A program made the position numbers and the translations under genes. Of a stretch of DNA of 64,000 nucleotides, positions 17,995-26,869 are shown one piece after another. Within the stretch, counting starts at the first letter, position 1, and each line of letters starts with the position of its first letter. The notes beneath the pieces are model-generated. The model made no database searches, had not been told where the DNA came from, and saw nothing but the letters and a program-made list of their open reading frames with translations. Origin of the DNA: a virus; IMG/VR virus record IMGVR_UViG_3300031999_001882, positions 1 through 64,000 of that record. The stretch is one strand, 5' to 3'.

Positions 17995-18387
17995 TCATAA
18001 GATCGCTAACGCCTTCCTTTTCCGCCATCTGGTCACGCGACCAACTGCGGCAGTTCGACACTCATCACATCGGCATCCGCCGTTATATCCAAGAACACCA
18101 TGCCGCCAAGCTCCCCATCCGCCAAATCCATTGTCGTCATTCGTCTTTTTTCGATGACACTCCCGACAAAGCGGCTGGCACTTAGAAAGCTCGGCCTCTC
18201 TTTTTTCCTTAGATAATGACCAAATGCGATGGCTCACCTTTAACTTTGGATCAATGTGATCGACCTGTAAATCATTCCAAGAACCACAAGTCCGACAAGG
18301 ACCGTTTTCCGACAACCAAAGACGATGCAACTCACGTTGCCTTTGATTTTGATACTCACGCTGTTTCTCTTTATTCTTGTATGGCAT
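17995..18387 (-). CDS. HNH endonuclease
   Basis: CRTC..LQVDHIDP...KCQPLCRECH..KT. C-terminal GCRCDEC. Confidence 0.85.
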   Translation of the reverse strand: MPYKNKEKQREYQNQRQRELHRLWLSENGPCRTCGSWNDLQVDHIDPKLKVSHRIWSLSKEKREAELSKCQPLCRECHRKKTNDDNGFGGWGAWRHGVLGYNGGCRCDECRTAAVGRVTRWRKRKALAIL

Positions 18388-18400
18388 CGTCTAAAAATCG

Positions 18401-18472
18401 TTGCAGGGACGCGAATCGAACGCGCTTAGTCGTGGTTATGAGCCACGTTCGATACCTCACCGACCCCCTGCG
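18401..18472 (-). tRNA. tRNA-Met(CAT), initiator-like
   Basis: Acceptor CGCAGGG/CCCTGCA with C1:A72 mismatch and A73. Anticodon arm CGTGG-CTCATAA-CCACG. T arm GCGCG-TTCGATT-CGCGT. CCA not encoded. Confidence 0.85.
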
Positions 18473-18729
18473 ATCAATCACGTCTTTTTGTCCTTCACAA
18501 TCGCATCGGCAATCTTCTGCCGCATCACATTCTCAACCATTTCCTCCGCCTCTTGGCGGGCGATCTCCTGAATCATCTGCCCAAACAGCGTCAGATCGGC
18601 TCCCAACACATACAGCTCCTCGGTGCGCGTCGAGTGAAGCTTGTTCGGCTCATCGCTCTTGAGACGCTTGAGCACATAATCCAGAAGCCGAGTAATCTCA
18701 GCAAGGTCCATCACGCGCCGCTTTGTCTG

Positions 18730-19215
18730 TCAGGCACGAATCACCTCACCAGCTCTGGCCTTGGCATAGACCTTTATCTTCTCGACCAGAGGGATGTTAT
18801 CGGCCTGCTTGTTGCACTCCTCATGGGCCAGAGCAAAATTGTCCATATGATTCGGACCGCCTTTGTGAAACGACACCAGATGCTCCACGGTCATATCGTC
18901 CTGCGGCATAGGCTTGGCACAGAAAAAGCACAGGTCGCCATCACGTTGTAACAGCGCCGACTTCATTCGGATCGTGGATGACCGCGACCCGGTAGTGATC
19001 CCCATACCCAGCCGCTTCCCGGCCCGAAACGCCTGCAAACATTCCTCGGCAAAGCCATTGGCCGTCAGCACCCCGTTCTTACGTTCATAGATAACGTGCG
19101 TGCCGCCCTGCGCCCGGAAGCGCACTAGCTCAAACGGATTAGTTGGCGACAGCACCTCGGCTCCTTGCCGCATCAACCAGCTATTCATCTCAGCCTGCAT
19201 CTTCTTGAACGCCAT
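18730..19215 (-). CDS. HNH endonuclease domain protein
   Basis: RDGDLCFFC...TVEHLV...GG.NHMDNFALAHEECN. Confidence 0.8.
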   Translation of the reverse strand: MAFKKMQAEMNSWLMRQGAEVLSPTNPFELVRFRAQGGTHVIYERKNGVLTANGFAEECLQAFRAGKRLGMGITTGSRSSTIRMKSALLQRDGDLCFFCAKPMPQDDMTVEHLVSFHKGGPNHMDNFALAHEECNKQADNIPLVEKIKVYAKARAGEVIRA

Positions 19216-19223
19216 GCGCTACC

Positions 19224-19664
19224 TCACTCCTTCCCAGACCCCAAGAGTCCAAAGTTTTTCTTCTCCTGTAATTCGTAGATGGTCTGCCCGCTATGCGTCA
19301 CGACATAGGGCAGGAACACTTCTTGAATCTTGACCATGCTCGTCTCGACCAAAGCGAGCTGAGCCTGCACCCATCTGAGAATCTGCCGCCATGCCACGCG
19401 CCGCGCCCACAGTTCCAGCGTATCGTCGTAGCGCGGCCTGCGCCCGTTGTCCTTGAGCATCTGCTCAATGAACTCCCAGCGACACGGAAGCCGGAACGGG
19501 ATGTCCCGGCCATTGACGGTATATTGAAAAGATACCGCCGACACCTTCTTGCCGTCAAACTCCAAGAGCACCGCCTTGGCTCCGTGCTGGGCCAAGATCA
19601 TCTGGATTTCGCCCACCGTGCGCTCCGGGGCAATCCTCGTTGTCTCCATGAAAAATGTCGCCAT
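19224..19664 (-). CDS. conserved phage hypothetical protein
   Basis: EIQ.IL..HGA...FRLP...RVAWR....WV.AQLA......EVFLPY. Confidence 0.75.
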   Translation of the reverse strand: MATFFMETTRIAPERTVGEIQMILAQHGAKAVLLEFDGKKVSAVSFQYTVNGRDIPFRLPCRWEFIEQMLKDNGRRPRYDDTLELWARRVAWRQILRWVQAQLALVETSMVKIQEVFLPYVVTHSGQTIYELQEKKNFGLLGSGKE

Positions 19665-20004
19665 TAAGCTGTTCCTTGACGAACCTGAATGCGCTTCAAC
19701 TCATTGACCTCACGCGCCGCCCAGACTTCAAAACACCTGCCGCAATTCGGATCAACAACATCGTGCATGGCACACCGAGCTGGCTCAAACCAAGGCTCGC
19801 TCGATGGATGCCTCCACGGAGGGGGCGCTCCCTTAATAAGCGGCTCACATTGGCACGGAGATCGAAAATTATCCTTGTTAATAGGAATTTTTTTCATCTT
19901 CAATCACTCGCCGCCTCTGCGTCTTTGTCCGGGGTTCCAGCACCCGGCGCGACTGCTTGCCTGTGGTCTTAGCGCTGTTGCCGACCCGTGCATCCGTGCA
20001 CAGG

Positions 20005-20565
20005 TTACACCGCACCTGTCTTTTTGGCTTCCGCCGCTTGTAATTCACAAGACCTCATCGCGTCCTGATAGTTGAAATGCTCACCATTAAAATCCCAAAT
20101 CTTAACCCAAGGCTCCTCGTACCATAAAACTCTGCCGTCGTACATCACCACATATTTTTGAATCTCTAACTGACCTTCACAAAAATCAACACCCCTGTTC
20201 GATATACGCCACAATCCAGAGCGCTTTTTCTTTGCATCGTCTGGATTTGGCGCTTCTTCAATAAGCCCATAAAACGCAGGACGCAAAAAATCTCTGGACA
20301 TCAAAATCTGCGGATCATATTTAAGAATCTCAGTCACATGAATGAACCGCGATGTGCTCTTGCGAATACGGTACAAAACCATCAAAAATCGGCACACATT
20401 TTCAGAAAAACAATACCTGTACCTTTTTGCAAATTGTCCACAACAAGGACATCCATGACCAGTCGATAGTTTTTCAAAAAGCCAATGACGAGCATCTTCC
20501 AAGCGCATATCTGGGAAAACAGTTGGAAGCGTACTTTCGCAATCGCCTTTCTCGCTCATTGACAC
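20005..20565 (-). CDS. zinc-finger/winged-helix hypothetical protein
   Basis: CPCCGQ. SGLWRIS.RG.DF. Confidence 0.65.
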   Translation of the reverse strand: MSMSEKGDCESTLPTVFPDMRLEDARHWLFEKLSTGHGCPCCGQFAKRYRYCFSENVCRFLMVLYRIRKSTSRFIHVTEILKYDPQILMSRDFLRPAFYGLIEEAPNPDDAKKKRSGLWRISNRGVDFCEGQLEIQKYVVMYDGRVLWYEEPWVKIWDFNGEHFNYQDAMRSCELQAAEAKKTGAV

Positions 20566-21272
20566 ATCTCCGCAATTTCCTTCGTCGAGAATCGCCGCTT
20601 ACGCCCCTGCGACTTCATTAAGAGCCGCAGGACCAAGATCATCTGCTTCATCGACAGAATTCCCAGCACGCGCATCGACCGAACGCCCCAATCGAGCACG
20701 TCCAATTCCTTGTCGAATTTCTTTTTCAATTCGTGCTGACTCAGGATATAGGACCGAAGCCGACCATCACCAAGGTCGATCCCTCTGATCTTCCCGGTCT
20801 TAGGGTTGAAGCTGATCGACCACGTTGGATGCTTCATTGTTTATTTCCCCCCGTCAATCGGATGAGGCCGCCCATCAAACAGCACTCGAAAAGCGTACTG
20901 CCCGCACAGGCATTGATTGAACCGGAAGTGCGTGCACCCGCAGGAAAACGGAGCTGGGTCCGCAAAATACTCAGCCACCGCCAGCGCATCGCCATAGCGC
21001 GGGCGCTTGGTCCCATCCAACTCACGCTGGTCGAACGCTTCACTTATCAAGCTCGTCTCTCAAAATCCGCCGCAACCCTACAATGATATCGACGACGGCG
21101 GTGGTTGGCGCGTACAGTCCGTCCTTCTTCATGCGCCGGGCCAAGCTTTTCAAAAACTGCATCTCGATACTCGAAAAGCTGGCACTCCGAAACATGAAAA
21201 ACATATTGCGCCGTTTGAGCCATTGAATCCTCTTGAGTCGGCCTTCGTGCCGCTTTGCTGTGGTCAGCCCCA

Positions 21273-21704
21273 TTATCGACGCGCCATCCCGGTCTGCTGG
21301 CGCAACTGCTCGTTCTCAATGCTCAGCACCCGGACCTTCTCGCGCAGTTCGGCAATGATCTTGTCCTTGGTCGGCGGCTTCTCATATTTATTAGGAAGCT
21401 CGCTCGTCACATCCCAGAGAATCCCCCTATGGCCCGTCGCGCCCCATGTCGAAACCCCCACCTCGCACGCCACGCCCAGCTCCCGGCACTCGGTCAACCG
21501 AGCGCACACCGATCCTTTCACAACCGTGTGGCCCTGCCGGATGGATTGCATATGCTCAAAGACATCGCCGCCCGTCAAAGGCCCGTGCTTAAACAGAATT
21601 TCATAGACGAGGAACCGCGCATCCGACAGGAGGCCGCCTTCTTTAATTTTCAGATAAGCTTCTTTGCTGGTGTTCCGTGTCATCGGCATAGTCTTAACCT
21701 CCAC
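21273..21704 (-). CDS. winged-helix DNA-binding protein (putative)
   Basis: VYEIL..HGPLT...ARLTE..ELG, plus C-terminal coiled coil. Confidence 0.55.
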   Translation of the reverse strand: MEVKTMPMTRNTSKEAYLKIKEGGLLSDARFLVYEILFKHGPLTGGDVFEHMQSIRQGHTVVKGSVCARLTECRELGVACEVGVSTWGATGHRGILWDVTSELPNKYEKPPTKDKIIAELREKVRVLSIENEQLRQQTGMARR

Positions 21705-22036
21705 CGAGCCGTCTCATCCCACAGGCGCGGCGCACGCTCATAGCCCTGCGCGAGCTGGGCGGCGATCCGTGTTCTTATGTCATGGATGGCTTGATTGATT
21801 TTGGAATGGCGAATAATTTTGCGCTGGCGATAAACGATCTTGGGCTTGTGGCCGTGTCCGAAAGATTGGAGATAAACTTTTCCCCACTCGATCCGAAGCC
21901 ACCACAGAAAGCGGCTGATCCGCCAATACTTACTGCTGTAACCACATTGATTGCCGAGATTCGTACCGATCAGTTGATAGGTGCGGTAGGGTTTTTCTTG
22001 AACGACCAAGACAGGACCGCGACGTTTCGTTTCCAT
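21680..22036 (-). CDS. hypothetical protein
   Basis: SD AGGAG. First gene after the long non-coding region. Confidence 0.55.
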   Translation of the reverse strand: METKRRGPVLVVQEKPYRTYQLIGTNLGNQCGYSSKYWRISRFLWWLRIEWGKVYLQSFGHGHKPKIVYRQRKIIRHSKINQAIHDIRTRIAAQLAQGYERAPRLWDETARWRLRLCR

Positions 22037-22107
22037 AAACTGCTCCTATTATTTTCGCTCTTTTCCGTGCATCTGTCCAGACATATTGAAACTCAAAAAA
22101 AAGGACC

Positions 22108-22423
22108 GCTAACTCAGGCCAACTCCATACAACACCAGCTAACTCAGGCTAAGTCAAAATCTCAGGGCAGACTCCACCCCTTAATGATCCATCTCAGCCA
22201 CGACCTCTTTCTCAGCGCTTCGTCCCGAAAGATCGGACTCAGGCAATGACTGATCCCGAAGGGACGGCTTATTTCTCGACGGTAACTTTTTTCTTCGACG
22301 ACAGCTCCTTCCCGAAGGCTCGGACCCGAAGGGTCTTTCCCGAAGGATCGGACCCGATGAGTCTGACCCGAAGGGGCGGACTCAAAGGGTCATTTCCCGC
22401 CGTTGGCCGTTTCCCGCCGTTGG
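22108..22423. repeat. degenerate short-repeat array (14-bp period CCCGAAGG units; CTCAG motifs)
   Basis: CCCGAAGG-like cores at 22311, 22325, 22339, 22353, 22367, 22381. GCTAACTCAGGC at 22108 and 22138. TTTCCCGCCGTTGG at 22393 and 22410. Confidence 0.8.
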
Positions 22424-22843
22424 TCGTGAGACGTTACCCGGAATTCCGAGATTCACGGTGTTGGGCTTCCAGCCGTTGTTGTTGAAGAAGCCCAACGCCG
22501 GGGCTGTCACCCGCGAGCGGTGTTTGCGAGCGGGTGTAATGAGATAGACCAACATGAGCAAAGCAATAGCTGAGGGTCTGGGAGATGAGAGTATCCCCGC
22601 CCGAATTTTGTTCCGAAATGAGTCCATTGGCTCAACGATGACGACGATTGCGAGTTTTAGGCCAGCGTTTCAACTAAGCCACTCACGCGCTTGGGTTACC
22701 GGGCTTCAAGGTTCGACCTTGTAAAGTCGTTTGTTCGATTGAGGCCCCTAGCAGGAACACCCTGCGTCCATCCTCAATGCCGGATTTCCACGGTTCGTCA
22801 GACCGCACCAGCTCTGTGACGAGCTGACTCGGAAACTACATCC

Positions 22844-23452
22844 TCAAGCGGCGGTTAAGTAGTACCGCTTGAAAAATCCATTGCCCTTCTTGGTCCGCGA
22901 GGGCTTGCGCCACATATCCAAATTGCTCATCGCAAACGGAAGCCTCTGCCATCCTGCCTGCTTGAGAAGTTCCTGCCAGCCCGGATTGAAAATGGGCGCA
23001 AAAATGAATAGGCCGCCGTGCTCTAAGGTGTGTGTCACATCCGCCAACCAACGCACCGCCTTGAGCTTATCCGTGGCCCCGGCGCGAAACCAATAGACCA
23101 TGTGAAAGACCTCTGACTTGAACGGCATTCGCCCCGGCTCGCCAATGGCGTGATACCCACTTGAAGGTCCGGGGTCATCCGCCGTCCATAGTCCGAACGC
23201 ATTGATATCGTTCGCCCGCGAGCGCTGGACAAAGAAATCCTCTCCATCAATCACCAAAATCCGATATTTAGGCTCAGGGAAGCCCAGCCGAGTCAGCACC
23301 CACCGAAATGCGCTCATTTCCCCATCTGTGAACCCAAACGCGAAAAAGACCGGGACAGGCGGCAAAACCTTCTCTTGGAAGGGTGCGAGGCTCACGGAAA
23401 CGGCCTTTTCCGGGCCTAAAAGAGTCGCCAAGGCCACCAGCGCCCAGATCAA
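22844..23452 (-). CDS. signal-peptide protein with a methyltransferase-like C-terminus
   Basis: Hydrophobic N-terminus. MPFKSEVFHMV...L..V...LEHGGLFIF. No clear GxGxG. Confidence 0.45.
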   Translation of the reverse strand: MIWALVALATLLGPEKAVSVSLAPFQEKVLPPVPVFFAFGFTDGEMSAFRWVLTRLGFPEPKYRILVIDGEDFFVQRSRANDINAFGLWTADDPGPSSGYHAIGEPGRMPFKSEVFHMVYWFRAGATDKLKAVRWLADVTHTLEHGGLFIFAPIFNPGWQELLKQAGWQRLPFAMSNLDMWRKPSRTKKGNGFFKRYYLTAA

Positions 23453-23775
23453 ACGGCTTGCCTCTCTACAATGAATCTACTGCGCGGGATGGCTATGTCA
23501 GTCCAGACTTTGACATTCCCATCCTGCGTGCGATAACGCTCTAGGCTCAGGTCTAAAATCTGCGCTTTAACATCCCAACTGAGGATTTTGGCTTTGATTG
23601 GTTTGGATTTGAAAGTGGTGCGGGAGAGTTGGGGCGGTTTGTGATATGAGAAGGGCCAATCGCCCATCGTAATGCGAAACAGGCCATTGAGCGGCTTCCA
23701 CCGATCCAATGCGGGGATCAGCGTCTCAAGATTGCGAATCTTGTTCTGGTTCAAATCCATTTCAAATATGAACAT
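23449..23775 (-). CDS. hypothetical protein
   Basis: ORF downstream of a promoter. Confidence 0.55.
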   Translation of the reverse strand: MFIFEMDLNQNKIRNLETLIPALDRWKPLNGLFRITMGDWPFSYHKPPQLSRTTFKSKPIKAKILSWDVKAQILDLSLERYRTQDGNVKVWTDIAIPRSRFIVERQAV

Positions 23776-23813
23776 GGCTTCCTGTTCGGCTTTTCAGGGT
23801 TCAGCAAACGATA

Positions 23814-23843
23814 AATATGACTCTTTATTTTTTGGTTTGTCAA
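23814..23843 (-). promoter_or_regulatory. sigma70-like promoter
   Basis: TTGACA-N17/18-TCATAT/CATATT. Confidence 0.5.
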
Positions 23844-23844
23844 C

Positions 23845-23970
23845 TTACCGTGAACGAAGCTCCTTTTCGGCAGGGACCACCACAGGCTCGTTCCGATGCC
23901 TGAGCCACCAGATCGTCTCACAGCCTGTCAGCGCCAAAGCCAGCGCGACGATCCACCCCATCTTCTTCAA
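23845..23970 (-). CDS. 41-aa lipoprotein (not in ORF track)
   Basis: MKKMGWIVALALALTGCETIWWLRHRNEPVVVPAEKELRSR*. TTG start; lipobox LTGC. Confidence 0.55.
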   Translation of the reverse strand: MKKMGWIVALALALTGCETIWWLRHRNEPVVVPAEKELRSR

Positions 23971-24290
23971 CGCCGCGCAAGCTCTCTGATCTGCGGCCTG
24001 AGAATCTTCGGCAGATACAGTACCCGCGACTCTTTGAGGAAGGTAAATTTCTTGTCGTTGAAATGCACCTTCGCCAAATTGCCGATCCGATTGTTAGTCC
24101 GGTCACCGTCAATGTGGAATACCCGGTCACCGTCCTGTAATGGGCCGCGCTGTAGCTCCCAAGTGCGCCGGGACTCGGCTTCCCAGCGCACCTCGCCATC
24201 ATCCGTAGCGATCTTAATTCGGATGTAACCGGACTTGGTTTGAGTTTTTGTCCCGATAGGATAGTTCCGCATCGGTTCGTAGTACCTCAT
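23967..24290 (-). CDS. HNH endonuclease-like protein (possibly degenerate)
   Basis: GYIRIK...VFHIDGDRTNNRIGNL. Confidence 0.65.
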   Translation of the reverse strand: MRYYEPMRNYPIGTKTQTKSGYIRIKIATDDGEVRWEAESRRTWELQRGPLQDGDRVFHIDGDRTNNRIGNLAKVHFNDKKFTFLKESRVLYLPKILRPQIRELARR

Positions 24291-24466
24291 TGCTTGCTCC
24301 TCTCAATGTTGTTGAGAGCTTCTTGCTGGGCATCGGTGACGTGCTGGTTCGACTCAATCCAGTCCGCAATACCCTCAACCGTTTGCGTGGCAAAAACAAA
24401 CCGCCCATCATCCAGCAAGCGGTTGGCCTGCTCTAAGGCTTCTTCCCAATCACAATCCGCACACAT
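24287..24466 (-). CDS. 59-aa hypothetical protein (not in ORF track)
   Basis: MCADCDWEEALEQ...ERSKQ*. GGAGG SD; ATGA-coupled. Confidence 0.55.
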   Translation of the reverse strand: MCADCDWEEALEQANRLLDDGRFVFATQTVEGIADWIESNQHVTDAQQEALNNIERSKQ

Positions 24467-24475
24467 AGACCCTCC

Positions 24476-25108
24476 TCAGCTTTTGATGGCCCGCCGGAGC
24501 CGAGCAACCTCGTCAGCGCCATATCCCAAATGCGTCGCGTTATACTTCACGCCGCCCGGCGTAAGCTTGAGCGCCTGCGCCAAGAATCGCGCCGGGATGC
24601 TCATGTCCTTCATGCCGACCACGCACACGGCCTTGCGAGCTTTCTTGCCCGGACCCTTACGGTCTGTCGGACTGACCTTAAAAATACTCTTGGCTGTCTC
24701 CATCAGGTTGGTGATCGTAGCTTCGTAATCACTTGCCTTCTTCCTGCGGCCTTTGGTTTCGTTCGGCACGCTTCTTGATCCATAAGCCCGGCGCAATGGC
24801 ACGCCCTTGGTCCCGGTCGGAACCACGACGAATAGATGATTGGACGACGAATAAGCCACGCGCCAGTTGTACCCGGCCCGCTTCATGGTGCTGTTCAGGG
24901 CAAGGCAGATGCCTCGGCGTGTATCTTCGTCGATTTCTTTTTTGTCTGGAAGGCCGAACGTGAATGCTTCGTCATCTTTGAGTGCAGGAAGTTTCTCTAA
25001 CAGCGCGGCTTTGATGTCTGAATAGTTGCCGTCTCCGGCGAGTACGAGGTTGATGGCGCTTTGCAGAGGAATGACTTGGAAATGAAACCCGACAGTTTTA
25101 TTCGTCAT
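24476..25108 (-). CDS. putative DNA-binding protein (C-terminal HTH)
   Basis: ARKAVCVVGMKDMSIPARFLAQALKLT resembles a DnaA-C-like HTH. Confidence 0.5.
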   Translation of the reverse strand: MTNKTVGFHFQVIPLQSAINLVLAGDGNYSDIKAALLEKLPALKDDEAFTFGLPDKKEIDEDTRRGICLALNSTMKRAGYNWRVAYSSSNHLFVVVPTGTKGVPLRRAYGSRSVPNETKGRRKKASDYEATITNLMETAKSIFKVSPTDRKGPGKKARKAVCVVGMKDMSIPARFLAQALKLTPGGVKYNATHLGYGADEVARLRRAIKS

Positions 25109-25147
25109 GGTGATCTCCTATCCATAATATGCTTAAACAACCTGATA

Positions 25148-25176
25148 AGGATACCAAATTACTCACCCTTTGTCTC
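25148..25176 (-). promoter_or_regulatory. sigma70-like promoter (TATCCT -10 class)
   Basis: GAGACA-N17-TATCCT. Same -10 as the duplicated promoters at 36.9 and 38.9 kb. Confidence 0.4.
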
Positions 25177-25638
25177 TGGCAAAAGAGGCATCCCCAGCTC
25201 TCGGCGCTTGTCATTATCACCTCGAATAATGTCATCGGCACTTCGCTCTAATATAGGAAGGCCGCTTTCTGTGAGTTTTTGGACAGGCGCAGGCAACTGC
25301 GCCGCAGGCGCTTGGAGCATGGCCGGATAGACGGCGGCAATAGCATCGCCCAGCGCCATAAGATAATTGCGGCCCTTGTCGGTGAACGCCTGCCAGCGCA
25401 CTACAGCCACTCCATTTTCTCCGGGTGACAGGAAGGAAAGGTCTGAGCGTACATCCCAGACATTGACTCGCGGCAGGAAACGCTTGATCTTATCCATTAC
25501 CCGGATCAGCTCTTGCGTGCCGACTCTGGCCCCTGCCACGCATTCCATCTTCAATGCGTTGCCGCCACTCTGATAGTCCACGGACTTAATCGGGACCATC
25601 GCTACGATTTGAGTCAGTTCGCTATCTGGTGATGGCAT
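25159..25638 (-). CDS. hypothetical protein
   Basis: Clean ORF in the operon. Confidence 0.6.
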   Translation of the reverse strand: MPSPDSELTQIVAMVPIKSVDYQSGGNALKMECVAGARVGTQELIRVMDKIKRFLPRVNVWDVRSDLSFLSPGENGVAVVRWQAFTDKGRNYLMALGDAIAAVYPAMLQAPAAQLPAPVQKLTESGLPILERSADDIIRGDNDKRRELGMPLLPETKGE

Positions 25639-26155
25639 ATTTGAGGCTCCGACAAGTGTTATTCATTTGCTGAGATTTTGTCGCCCATCGACAGTTGCCG
25701 GGTTCGTAATTACCGTCGTTGTTAATTCGATCAATGGAATGATTCGGTGACGGCTTACGGCCCATGTCATTCAAGAAATTCTCAAACGAACCTCGCCAAC
25801 GAACGCAAACCTTTATTCCACGACCGCCGTATCTGCGAAAATTTTTTGTTTTCTCGTTATAACAGCGAGCTTTCATGCTATCCCAAGCCCTATACTCTGG
25901 CGCTCGATTCTTCTTCGAGCCGCATCCATGAGTTATATGCTGAATACCACCGATATATTTTGCGACTTCTCTCTGCAAGCAACCACACGACCGACTTGTG
26001 CCATCTCTTAACGTGCTCCCATTCACAACACGCTTTGTCCCGCAATCGCATACGCATTCCAAATGACGATTCTTCCATTTATCATAACGGGAAAATTTCA
26101 AGACCACCCATCTTCCGCAACGATCTCCTATAGTGACCTTAACCTCCCTGCTCAT
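25622..26155 (-). CDS. HNH homing endonuclease
   Basis: CVCDCG, SCGC, YGGRGIKVC.RW, SIDRINNDGNYEPGNCRWAT. Confidence 0.9.
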   Translation of the reverse strand: MSREVKVTIGDRCGRWVVLKFSRYDKWKNRHLECVCDCGTKRVVNGSTLRDGTSRSCGCLQREVAKYIGGIQHITHGCGSKKNRAPEYRAWDSMKARCYNEKTKNFRRYGGRGIKVCVRWRGSFENFLNDMGRKPSPNHSIDRINNDGNYEPGNCRWATKSQQMNNTCRSLKYAITR

Positions 26156-26600
26156 GGGGTTCCCCCTCTGGGATGACATAGCTCCCCAACTTGATCTCGC
26201 ACTCGACCCCGGCATCGTTCAGGATCATTTTCATGGCCTGAGCGCCGTGCGGATTGGCCGAGTGAAGCGTGATCTTCTTGGGTCTGACCTCCGGCATCAT
26301 GGCCGCGATGTAATACGCGACTGGCCGGAACGTCTCATCGACCGTGGCAATGATCCTGCCCTGCCGATGGTAGAAGCAGATGTCGTGGTCTATGCTGATC
26401 TCCATGACATTTTGGCTGTGCAAAAACTGAATCGCCTGCGTGTTGGTTCGGGCCAATGTCCATCCGTCTGGGCATCGGCGGATATCGTCCACATAGAGTC
26501 TTATCGCGGCCATTCGCTTTGCGTCGTTTGCATCACAAGCACACTTGCACGGATTTTCGCGGCAGTACCAGCAATCATCCGTGTTGCTTGGCTCGCTCAC
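26139..26600 (-). CDS. cyclic-phosphate-processing receiver (cREC) domain protein
   Basis: LYVDDIR.CP.GW..AR, ISIDHD, LHSANPHGA. Confidence 0.75.
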   Translation of the reverse strand: MSEPSNTDDCWYCRENPCKCACDANDAKRMAAIRLYVDDIRRCPDGWTLARTNTQAIQFLHSQNVMEISIDHDICFYHRQGRIIATVDETFRPVAYYIAAMMPEVRPKKITLHSANPHGAQAMKMILNDAGVECEIKLGSYVIPEGEPHEQGG

Positions 26601-26869
26601 GCCTTGTCCTCGACAACCTCATACGTCGCTTCAAAAATCTCCGGCTTGCACGGGTACTTCTCGCCCTTGACCCCGGTGATGATCCAATCGCCGGGCGACA
26701 CGGTGAGCGGCCCTTCGAGCGTATTGACGAAGGGAGCAAACTGCGTTGTCGAGTCCGGGTCTGGCGCAATCACGCCTTCAACCTTTACGCCGGGAAACCA
26801 TTGCGTTGCGTCAATAACGACTGGCTTTTTTCTGAATTTCATTGAGTCCTCCATATGATGTAAACCCAC
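26597..26869 (-). CDS. widespread small phage protein (RKKPV...TLEG...GD.II.G..GE.YPCKP family)
   Basis: MKFRKKPVVIDATQ...TLEG....PGDWIITGVKGEKYPCKPEIFEATY. Confidence 0.8.
   Translation of the reverse strand: MGLHHMEDSMKFRKKPVVIDATQWFPGVKVEGVIAPDPDSTTQFAPFVNTLEGPLTVSPGDWIITGVKGEKYPCKPEIFEATYEVVEDKA

Noticed and set aside
22095-22245. Stop-codon recoding or selenoprotein (several in-frame TGA codons; UCA within the 31.3-kb tRNA-like loop)
   Set aside because: TGA, TAG and TAA all end ordinary genes with ATGA coupling throughout the window. The TGAs come from the CTCAG repeat, and the complementarity to the tRNA-like loop is only 5-7 nt.
22089-22423. CRISPR array
   Set aside because: Units are 14 bp, degenerate and contiguous, with no unique 30-40-bp spacers and no cas genes.
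22775-22805. Hammerhead ribozyme (CUGACGA...GAAA on the minus strand)
   Set aside because: No stem II can form between CUGACGA and GAAA, and I found no matching stems I/III.
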